Shown here in pieces: positions 9,778 to 18,645 of a DNA stretch of 64,000 nt; the first letter of the stretch is position 1; the number at the start of each line of letters is the position of its first letter. The translations under genes were made by a program, and so were the position numbers. A model generated the notes under the pieces. The model ran no database searches. It had not been told where the DNA came from and saw only the letters and a list, made by a program, of their open reading frames with translations. The stretch comes from Promethearchaeota archaeon (GTDB lineage: Archaea; Asgardarchaeota; Lokiarchaeia; Sigyniarchaeales; SOKP01): positions 128,001-192,000 of the forward strand of contig JBHLOC010000002.1 in the NCBI GenBank assembly GCA_048940925.1, in the 5' to 3' direction.

Positions 9778-9834
9778 TCGGAGAAATAAAATTATTTTAG
9801 AACAGGGATTTTAAATTTATTAGTTAAAGAATTA

Positions 9835-11427
9835 TTATCCTAACTCTAACCTCTCTTCTATTTTTTTTATTGCATTAGAAGCGTGGATTCTTACTGTTCT
9901 GTGGAAATCATTTACCCTCTTCATTAAAACAGTTAAAGCTGTTTTCTCACCATATGTTTCTAATAATTTAATCAAACTTAATTTTACTTTAAAATGTTCT
10001 TCATCATTGGATCCTAAATGTTCGTTTAAAATTGCCATATTTTTATTGATCAATCTTTTAGCATTACTTTGATCATCTTTTAGCCTATACCAATTGTTTT
10101 GAAATATATTATAAATTGCATCTACAGCTACTTTTTTTATAAGCCAATAAGTTTCATCATCACTTAATATTTTAAGTAAATGTTCCATAGGTTTTAATAT
10201 TCCTATTTTACCTAAAGCAATTATTGAATTCTTTTTTACATCCAAATTTCTTATTTGTAATAAATCAACTAATGGTTTAACAAATTCCTCATTTCCTATT
10301 TCACCTAAGATAAAGGCGATACTTTCTCTTATTGTGTTGTTATCTCTTTTTAAATACGAATATAGATGATCATAAGATGAGTTTCTATTGTTAAGATAAA
10401 TTTTCTTTATTGCATCTAAGATATAGAGTTTCATATCTAAATCCGTATACTCGAAACTGATATCTTCAATATCCAAAACATCTAAAAGTTCCGGAACTGC
10501 TGTTAAGTCTCCAATCTCTCCCAGAGCTTCTATAGCTGCTATGCTTACTTCATTATATATATTATCCAAATTTGTGATTAATGAATCAACAGCAGTTTTA
10601 TACTTTAATTTTCCACATAATATAACGGCATTTTTCTTTACAATGAAATCATCAATTAGCAATAATTTAGTTATGTCTTTCTCAATTTCATGTCCTAAAA
10701 TTTTTAAAATTGTTATTGCAGAATCCATTAAATCAGAATCTTCTTCTTTCAAAATTTGGGTTATTACTTCTAATAAAACGGATTTATATTCAATTAAATT
10801 GTTCAAAATTTCAGGATATTTTATTTTTAAAAAGCTAACTTCTTCAAAAGAAACATTAATACTTGATAATTCATATCCAATTAATTTTATTAGTTGGATT
10901 TTGTGATTATTTGAAATTTTTTTACTTTTTAAACTATTTAATAACAGATTTATTAGAATATCTGGATTTAGACTTAATAGTTGTATTGTGACAAAATCTT
11001 TAATTGAGGGATATTCACTATCTAATTCATTAATAAATAATTTAATTTCTGGCTCATCAAACTTGATGTTCTGGATAGCTTTTAATACAGATAACTTAAT
11101 TTGACTATTCACTGGTTTTTGATCCAACATCCAATTCAAGGGTTTTAAGCATTTTTCATATTGTAAACTCCCAAGAGCCTTAGCTGCTTCACATTTCATT
11201 TCAATATTTTCTTCAGTAACCAATAGAGTCTCAAGGGTTTTAAAACATTCATCTTTTAATGAAGTTGAATTAATACTAACTAAGGCAAAATATTTAACCG
11301 CTTTTCTTCGATTACTTGTATCTTTCTCCACATCTATGATCTCTTTTAGCATTTGCATTGAATTTTTGAATCCAAACTCTTCGCATCTCTGATAAATTTC
11401 TCGAGGAGTTATCTTTGTTTTTACCAT
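9835..11427 (-). CDS. HEAT/PBS-lyase-like repeat protein
   Basis: Repeated AIEALGEIGD / IAFILGEIGN / IIALGKIG units. Confidence 0.85.
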   Translation of the reverse strand: MVKTKITPREIYQRCEEFGFKNSMQMLKEIIDVEKDTSNRRKAVKYFALVSINSTSLKDECFKTLETLLVTEENIEMKCEAAKALGSLQYEKCLKPLNWMLDQKPVNSQIKLSVLKAIQNIKFDEPEIKLFINELDSEYPSIKDFVTIQLLSLNPDILINLLLNSLKSKKISNNHKIQLIKLIGYELSSINVSFEEVSFLKIKYPEILNNLIEYKSVLLEVITQILKEEDSDLMDSAITILKILGHEIEKDITKLLLIDDFIVKKNAVILCGKLKYKTAVDSLITNLDNIYNEVSIAAIEALGEIGDLTAVPELLDVLDIEDISFEYTDLDMKLYILDAIKKIYLNNRNSSYDHLYSYLKRDNNTIRESIAFILGEIGNEEFVKPLVDLLQIRNLDVKKNSIIALGKIGILKPMEHLLKILSDDETYWLIKKVAVDAIYNIFQNNWYRLKDDQSNAKRLINKNMAILNEHLGSNDEEHFKVKLSLIKLLETYGEKTALTVLMKRVNDFHRTVRIHASNAIKKIEERLELG

Positions 11428-11685
11428 GAATATTCCCTTTATTTCAGCTTTTATTAAAAAATTACTTAAAGTTTTGTTTAATTATCAATGTAGATCACTA
11501 ATTATAAAAATATTTCCCAAATCATCCATAATGAAGGTAATCACCTACCCAAATTAAAAAAAATAATTGATATTGATTAATCTTCAATAAGAAATTTTAT
11601 TTTAAGATTAAATTTATAATCATTATTTTTTAAAATTAAAAAAATGATTTATTATAATAAATAATATTTAAATTATTGAAAATAA

Positions 11686-11829
11686 TGTCTTATCATAGGG
11701 GTTGGTATTTGTAGAAGTGTTAAGCTTCCAATAATTCCAGGATATTTCAGATTATTTTTTAGTTTAGGAATATCCGTAATTGTATTTCTTATTGCAATTC
11801 ATAGAAAAATGAGAGATAATACCATATAA
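11686..11829 (+). pseudogene. Orphan C-terminal fragment of a surface protein (IPGY-TM-basic tail)
   Basis: Frame reads CLIIGVGICRSVKLPIIPGYFRLFFSLGISVIVFLIAIHRKMRDNTI*, preceded by an in-frame TAA with no canonical start upstream of the motif. Confidence 0.45.
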
Positions 11830-11916
11830 AGTCATCAGCATTTTGCTTTGTATAATATAAAATTTTTTTTATTATTAATTTGTATTTAAATCAAATTCTA
11901 TATTTATTTTTTAATA

Positions 11917-12687
11917 TTGCTTTTGTGTTTTATTAAAATAAAAAAAGATATGAGCTTGATTATGTCTATTCGTCAATCAATAAATAATGTACGTGCAAAA
12001 TTTTTCAATACAGTGACTAAATATACTTTTGTGAAATATTGTGGCTTAATTGTTATAATAGGGTATATATCATTGCTTATTATAGGCGTTATCATAGCAA
12101 CATTACTTGATCCAGAAGGGTATACAATATTGCGAAACTGGATTTCGGATCTAGGAGGAATTAATAACACTCCCGCTCCATATTTATATGATATTGCCTG
12201 TATAATTGCGGGATCCATGACTATTCCCTTTACATTTTATATGGAAAACCTGCTTGCGCCCATACCAAAGAAGAACAAATTAAATGAGCATAATTACTCT
12301 CGATTTCGTTTTCGATTAAGTAGTTCAGCGTTTTTATTTAGCCTTATCGGCAATCTTGGCTATATTGGTGTAGGGATATTTAGTGCGGACCGTGATTATG
12401 AATTTTTATCTATTATGGGACAAGGTCCACATAGCATTATGTCATTTCTAGCTTTTGGGGGTTTTACTCTAGGTGCTTTCTTTATGGGGTGGATGATAGT
12501 ATTATATGATACAAAAATTCCCAAAATTTTAGGAATTTATGGAATATTTGGTCCATTGGTTTTTTCTATTATTAATTTAATAGAAAGTACTCCATTATTA
12601 GAATGGCTATTACTCTTCTCTATTCTTATCTGGATAATACCACTCTTTTTAATAGTATTACAAAAACCTGAATTAGTCCCACAATAG
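11917..12687 (+). CDS. DUF998-like membrane protein
   Basis: GYTILRNWISDLG, GVGIFS, H before a TM helix; 5-6 TM segments. Confidence 0.7.
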   Translation: MLLCFIKIKKDMSLIMSIRQSINNVRAKFFNTVTKYTFVKYCGLIVIIGYISLLIIGVIIATLLDPEGYTILRNWISDLGGINNTPAPYLYDIACIIAGSMTIPFTFYMENLLAPIPKKNKLNEHNYSRFRFRLSSSAFLFSLIGNLGYIGVGIFSADRDYEFLSIMGQGPHSIMSFLAFGGFTLGAFFMGWMIVLYDTKIPKILGIYGIFGPLVFSIINLIESTPLLEWLLLFSILIWIIPLFLIVLQKPELVPQ

Positions 12688-12758
12688 TTAGCAAATAATT
12701 AAATATCAAAATAGTTGTATTATTAAATATAACTCATCATTTTTTTTATAAATCCAAA

Positions 12759-13679
12759 ATGTCTAAATTTTGCATTAATTGTGGAAAACCTATAACTAAA
12801 GATGCTAAATATTGTCTTAATTGTGGTCAATCTATAATAGCAGATTTATCTCAAAAAACAGATTCAGAAAAAGAAGCCCTCCTACAATCTAAAAAAGAAG
12901 TTAAATATGTTCTGAGTTCTTCTCAACGAGATATCTTTTTAAAAAAGATTCTACCAACAATGGCAATAGGTTCAATGATATGGTTGTTTAGCGAAATAAT
13001 ATTTAGTATGATATTTATAGAAATTGAATTTGAAGGGCTATTTATAGCTTTTTACTTTTCAATGGTAATTCTGGAATGTTTATTGTTTATATTTCTATTT
13101 TTTTCATCTCGCGCTGATAATGTTCAATTAGGGCTTATTCTTTTCTTTTCAATTTGTTTTATTGCAGGAATTCTTAGTCTTCCAATAATAATGATAACAG
13201 ACTTTTTACCCCAGGTTCATATGTTTGTCAGTTTATCGTTTGGATCTATATTAATAGTCTGCTTTATTGGAGTTATTTTAAAAGGAAATTATTTTGCTAA
13301 AGGATATTTGTGGACACATATTATTCTCTTTATCATTGGAACTATAATTTTAGAAATAATTTTTATTGTAATCTTCCAAATCCATAATTATTTATTAACA
13401 ATTCCCGTATCGTTAGCATATATATTGATTGTAGCACTAACAACAATGTTTTATGGTTCTAAGGTTGTCCAAAAAAATGAAAAAGATCCTTGGTTATATC
13501 TTTTTTTTAAAATAGAAGGTATATTATTATTATCCTTGATAATAGCAGTAGTTGTCGTTGCAGTAGTACTTATAATCATTATAATTGGTGTTACATTGGG
13601 AGGTACTGACCTTAATCTCTCAGGTTTTGGTGGTTGGGGTAAAAAATCCAAAAAAAAAGGAGTTAGGAAAAAAGAATAA
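12759..13679 (+). CDS. Zinc-ribbon plus multi-TM membrane protein
   Basis: FCINCG...YCLNCG followed by ~7 hydrophobic helices and a basic tail. Confidence 0.75.
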   Translation: MSKFCINCGKPITKDAKYCLNCGQSIIADLSQKTDSEKEALLQSKKEVKYVLSSSQRDIFLKKILPTMAIGSMIWLFSEIIFSMIFIEIEFEGLFIAFYFSMVILECLLFIFLFFSSRADNVQLGLILFFSICFIAGILSLPIIMITDFLPQVHMFVSLSFGSILIVCFIGVILKGNYFAKGYLWTHIILFIIGTIILEIIFIVIFQIHNYLLTIPVSLAYILIVALTTMFYGSKVVQKNEKDPWLYLFFKIEGILLLSLIIAVVVVAVVLIIIIIGVTLGGTDLNLSGFGGWGKKSKKKGVRKKE

Positions 13680-13756
13680 TCCTTTATTTAGTAAGAAAAA
13701 GCACATATAATTAGTAAAAGCAGCTAATCAAGATTATAATTTTTAAAAAAAAACTT

Positions 13757-13870
13757 GTGTCTTCCATGCCATTCAAGAGTTCCTGGTGATAAATAAGCAA
13801 TTGGAGCTTCTGACAACCTTTCTTTAAATTCTTGTGGTGTCAATTCTGCATATATTACTTTATTAGACAG
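13757..13870 (-). pseudogene. N-terminal remnant of a creatininase-family amidohydrolase
   Basis: LSNKVIYAELTPQEFKERLSEAPIAYLSPGTLEWHGRH matches the P(L/I)GxxExHGxH motif; similarity is lost in a T-run and a stop follows. Confidence 0.65.
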
Positions 13871-14064
13871 AATTATTCATATTTAAGGTTTAGAGTTTCT
13901 TCATTAAAGCATTAAAATCTCTTGTATAATTAAAAAATCCAAAATTTTATAATCATTATCTTTATTTTTTTGGTTAAAAGTTCTTCTAAAGATTAATAAT
14001 TATTACGAGACTAATTATATCTATACTACAAATTTCTACTTTCTTCATTTAAAAATAACTTAAA

Positions 14065-14661
14065 ATGAATAGTAAGGAAAACAACAGAAATATCAAAAAC
14101 ACGGAAAAAATAGATGAAATTGCCGACGCAATTGAACAATCTATGAAAAAAGGTCATATTAGTACATTAATATTATTATCATTAGAGAAAGAACCTTCAC
14201 ATGGATATAAATTAACTGAAGAAATTCAAAAAGGTACCTATGGAGTTTGGGCTCCAACAGCTTCAGCATTATACCCTCACTTATCTTCATTAACAGAGAA
14301 AGGATTAATTGAATATACTACAGAATTAGATGGCAAAAGAGAACGAAAAGTGTATAATATCACACTCAAGGGAAAAGAGGCATTGAAAACGATTATTGAA
14401 CGGCAACAAAATATGGTAAAATCATTTCTTTCAATGTTATTTTCTACAATAGGGATAACTGATTCAACTATTCCTAATGAATTAGAAGGATTATTTGGAC
14501 CCGATATTATAGAAGTAGATTTATTGAATAAATCTGACCAGGAAAAAATAAAACTTTTATCCAAACGAAAGGTTGTACTTTCAAGGGTAGTTGATAAATT
14601 AAGTAATGTAGTGAATGATATTAATATGAGAATCGAAGATTTGCGAAGAAGCAAAGAATAG
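14065..14661 (+). CDS. PadR family transcriptional regulator
   Basis: EPSHGYKL, LYPHLSSLTEKGLI, RKVYNITLKG. Confidence 0.88.
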   Translation: MNSKENNRNIKNTEKIDEIADAIEQSMKKGHISTLILLSLEKEPSHGYKLTEEIQKGTYGVWAPTASALYPHLSSLTEKGLIEYTTELDGKRERKVYNITLKGKEALKTIIERQQNMVKSFLSMLFSTIGITDSTIPNELEGLFGPDIIEVDLLNKSDQEKIKLLSKRKVVLSRVVDKLSNVVNDINMRIEDLRRSKE

Positions 14662-14780
14662 TAATTTATTCTTTCACATATTCTATTAATTTGATATTTC
14701 AAGTTCGACATACAAAAATATATATATAAGAATCTTACATATCTTGAAGACATTTCTATCCATAACTATTTTAAGATTAG

Positions 14781-15779
14781 GTGTTATTATTATTGAAGGT
14801 TTTATTAACAGGACCTTTTGGAAATGTAGGGTTGAGTACATTACACGAATTAATTAAAAGAAATCATGACGTCAGAGTTTTAGATATAAAATCTAAAAGA
14901 AATCATAGAATTGCAAAAAAGTATAAAGATCAAATAGAAATATGCTGGGGAGATATACAGAACTATATGTAGAAAAAGCAGTATCGAGATATAATTATCC
15001 ATACAGCAGCAATTATACTTCCGCTTGCTGATAAGAAACCAAAGTTTGCTGAGTCTGTCAATGTTGGTGGAACTTCAAATATCATTGAATCAATGCATAA
15101 TCAACCGCAGAAACCTAAAATCATCTTTACATCCTCAGTAGCAATATATGGAGGCAGGTTAGAAAATCCTTTAATTAGACCAAAAGATCCTCCTAATCCC
15201 AATCCGGATGATGCGTATGCAAAACAAAAGATTAAGTGTGAGGAAATAGTTAGAAATTCAGGATTAAAGTGGTCTATATTTCGTTTAACTTATATTGTAT
15301 CAATAAATAAATTACAAATGGATCCTCTCATGTTTGAAATGCCACTTGATACATGTATTGAAATCTGTGATACTAAAGATGTAGGTCTTGCTCTAGCAAA
15401 TGCTGTAGAAAATGATAAGATTTGGGGTACAGTAATGCATATTGCTGGAGGAGAACGGTGCCGGATTTCATATCGAGATTACCTTAATGAAATGTTAGAT
15501 CTTTTTGGCATTGGTCATCAATTCTTACCTGACGAAGCTTTCAGACAGGATCATGGTTTCCATTGCGGATTTAAGACAACAGATCAAAGTCAAAACCTTC
15601 TAAAATACCAAAAACATACTCTTGATGATTATTTTAATGACGTAAGAAAAAAAGTCTTCTTTTTGCGACTCTTTACCAAAATGATTAGACCAATTGCACA
15701 AAAATTTCTGCTAAATAAATCAGTTTATTACAAAGAATATATAAATAACTATCATCCTAAATCTACGATTAAAAACTAG
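14781..15779 (+). pseudogene. Disrupted NAD-dependent epimerase/dehydratase (extended SDR)
   Basis: LLTGPFGNVG, IIIHTAA, TSSVAIYG, YAKQK. Both halves share a frame but are split by TAG 14970-14972; the expected VEKAVS is present only in a shifted frame. Confidence 0.75.
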
Positions 15780-16075
15780 TTAAATTTCAATCTTTTTTCA
15801 ATCCTTCTAAAAGGGTAATTCTTTCTTTTTCATTTATGTGACAAATATGATTAAAAAACTGAATAAAAATGTATGAAAATGATCACATTTTAATTCAATG
15901 TTTTTTATTTTCTATCATATAATTTCCTAAAAGTTTCAATCAGAATAATAATGATATATCTCTACTATCATCAATCTATAAACTGGTTATGTTGATAAAT
16001 AGAAAGAAATAAAAATGTTAAAAAAGAATAAAATCTAAAAAAAGAATTATTAAATTCAGAGATATATCAAAAAAG

Positions 16076-16091
16076 TATACAATCGTGTATA
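16076..16091. promoter_or_regulatory. Palindrome TATACA-ATCG-TGTATA upstream of the Sec-hdrA operon (candidate operator)
   Basis: Perfect 6-bp arms ~30 nt before the ATG at 16120. Confidence 0.35.
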
Positions 16092-16119
16092 AAAAAAAGA
16101 GGTGGATGTGTAAAAATAC

Positions 16120-18063
16120 ATGAAGAATAATCAAAATCATCGGATTGGATACTATGCATGTCAATGAGGTATAAATATAAGGAGTAAAGTAGATTGCGAT
16201 GAGTTAACTGAATATGTAGCTAAAAACTTTGACGATGTTGTAATTTCTAAGAAAAATTCATTTCTATGAACTGATAATGCTCAAAAAGAGATAATTGAAG
16301 ATATTAGAGAAAAGAATTTAAATAGAATTGTGGCATCAGCTTGAACTCCACGTACTCATGAAGTAATTTATAGGGGCACAATTGCTAAAACTGATTTGAA
16401 TCCTTATTATTTTCAGATGGTAAATGTGCGTGAACACTGCTCATGGTGTACAGATAGTAGAGAAGAAGCTACAGAAAAGGCTAAAATCCTAGTAAAAAGT
16501 GGTATTGAAAGGGTTAAAAGATTAGAACCAGTTCCTATTAAGACAGTTCCGGTCACTAAAGCTACTTTAGTGATTGGAGCTGGTATTGCAGGGATGAATG
16601 CGGCTCTGGATCTAGCGAATCAAGGTATCAAGGTTTACTTAGTTGACTGTAAAACTACGATAGGAGGGAGAATGGCACAATTAGACAGAACTTTCCCGAC
16701 AGATGACTGTGCAATATGAATATGTGGTCCAAAAATGTTAGAAGTTAATAGAAATGAGAATATTGAATTATTGACTTATAGTGAAGTAAAGAATGTAGAA
16801 GGATATGTCGGTAACTACAGAGTAACAATTGAGAGGAAACCAAGATTTACTACAGATGAATGTAATGGATGTGGAGCCTGCGCTGAGGTCTGTCCAGTTT
16901 ATACGACAAATTATTTCGATGAACATTTAGGGGCACGAAAAGCAATTGATATATCATTTGGCCAAGCAGTACCTTTTTTATATGATATCGATCGAAACAC
17001 CTGTGTAGAATGTTTCTCTTGTGTAGACGCCTGTGAATTAGATGCCATAGATTTTAGTCAAGAACCAAAAGAACTTAAAATTGATGTTGGTACGATTATT
17101 ATAGCGACTGGATGGGATATATATGAACCTTTTGGTGAATACGGATATGGAGAATTTGAAAACGTTATAACTCAACCTCAATTAGAACGAATGTTAGCTC
17201 CAAATGGACCTCTTGAAGGCCATGTACACAGAATATCAGATAATAAAGAACCTAAAGAAATTGTATTTATACAATGTGTTGGAAGTCGAGAAACTGAACG
17301 AACATACTGTAGTGGTGTCTGTTGTATGCTTGCTCTAAAAAATGGAAGATTACTCTTAGAGGAATTTCCAGATGCAAATATTACAGTTTGTTATATTGAT
17401 ATTAGAACACCTGAAAAAGGATTTGAAGAGTATTACGAACGATCAAAGGAAGCGGGAATTCGAATGATTAGAGGAAAAGTAGGAGAAATCTCAGAAGATC
17501 CTGATACTAAAAATATTAAAGTTCGAGTGTATTCATCGCTTACTGATGAAATAATAATAATTGATGCTGATTTAGTAGTATTATCCACAGCAGCACTCCC
17601 TTCAAAAGGATCCGAACAAATTGTTAAACTTTTAAATCTAGATACAAATACGTATGGATTCCTTACAGAATCACACTTTGGGTTAATGCCCCAAGAGACA
17701 AAAACAAAGGGAATTTTTATTGCTGGATTTGCTCAAGGACCAAAAAATATTTCTTATTCAGTTTCTCAAGCCAGAGCTGCTGCCAGTAAAGTAGCAGAGT
17801 TAACAGCACCAGGAGAAATCGATATAGAAATGATTACAGCTGAAGTTGATAGTGAATTTTGTATATCATGCAGACGATGTGAAAAAGAATGTCCGAAAGG
17901 TGCAATTAAAATTAAGGAGGATATCGGAGCATTTATTGATGAGATAAATTGTGATGGATGTGGTATTTGTGCTACATGTTGTCCTACACAAGCTATTGAT
18001 ATAAGATATTATCGAGATCATCAATTATTTGCTGAGATTGATGGTCTTTTAGGAGGTGCGTAG
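16120..18063 (+). CDS. hdrA: Heterodisulfide reductase subunit A, selenoprotein with four UGA-encoded Sec (647 aa)
   Basis: One frame from ATG 16120 to TAG 18063. TGA at 16165 (RIGYYACQUGINI), 16267 (NSFLUTD), 16342 (ASAUTPRTHE) and 16717 (TFPTDDCAIUICGPKM), each aligning to Cys in the four hdrA paralogues of this window. Confidence 0.92.
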
Positions 18064-18066
18064 ACA

Positions 18067-18537
18067 ATGAGTAAGTATAATTATAAGGTGGTAGCATTTG
18101 CGTGTATAAAATGAGGATATAGTGCAGCTGATTTAGCAGGAGTTTCCCGATTGAAATATACATCAGCTATAAAAATCATCAAAGTGCGTTGTACCGGAAG
18201 AATCGATCTAAAACATATACTCTACAGTATAAAATCTGGAGCTGACGGTGTTATGATTGTAGGATGAAGACCAAATGAATGCCAATTTAAAAAGGGTAAT
18301 TTTACGGCTGAAAAGCATGTAGAATTAGCAAACAGGATATTAGAATTGAGAGGTTTTGGAAGTCAAAGAGTAAATATGTACTGGGTAAGTGGAGCAGAAG
18401 CAGAAAAATTTGTGCGAAGTGTAGAAGATATTTTTTCGAAAGTGGAGAAAGTAGGTCCAAATCCGATAAATTTAATGGATATTAAACCAGAAATAAATAA
18501 AAAAGAAAAAGAACTAATTACAGCCCCTGTTGAATGA
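18067..18537 (+). CDS. mvhD: MvhD/VhuD/FlpD [2Fe-2S] subunit, selenoprotein with two Sec (156 aa)
   Basis: ATG 18067; FACIKUGYSAADLAG (TGA 18112), VRCTGRID, IVGURPNEC (TGA 18265). Paralogues have CNWCSY and GCHxGDC. Confidence 0.92.
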
Positions 18538-18588
18538 TTCTTGTAAAAAATGCTAGTTACAAGAGGACTAGCCTTGCAATGGAGGGGG
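18524..18588 (+). promoter_or_regulatory. Eukaryote-like SECIS element candidate
   Basis: AUGA (18534-37), 9-bp stem UUCUUGUAA/UUACAAGAG (18538-46/18557-65), A-rich loop AAAAUGCUAG, GA (18566-67); possible lower helix CCCCU/AGGGG. Confidence 0.8.
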
Positions 18589-18645
18589 ATTATTAAATAT
18601 TATAATAGATATAGATCAAAAATTTTTAAAAAAAAGGTTTAAAAT

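Noticed and set aside
14970-14972. In-frame TAG in the SDR gene as possible pyrrolysine or read-through
   Set aside because: The flanking residues are out of register: the expected VEKAVS lies in another frame. Two compensating deletions explain it better.
15950-16005. Weak hairpin upstream of Sec-hdrA as a 5' SECIS
   Set aside because: No AUGA/GA quartet adjoins the stem, and the pairing is AT-rich and weak.
16106-16123. Tiny uORF MCKNT* overlapping the hdrA start
   Set aside because: It sits too close to the SD-like GAGGTG and is short enough to arise by chance.
16120-18537. hdrA/mvhD as nonsense-mutated pseudogenes, or genome-wide UGA reassignment
   Set aside because: All six interruptions are TGA at conserved Cys columns, with no frameshifts or internal TAA/TAG. 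TGA terminates many other genes normally.
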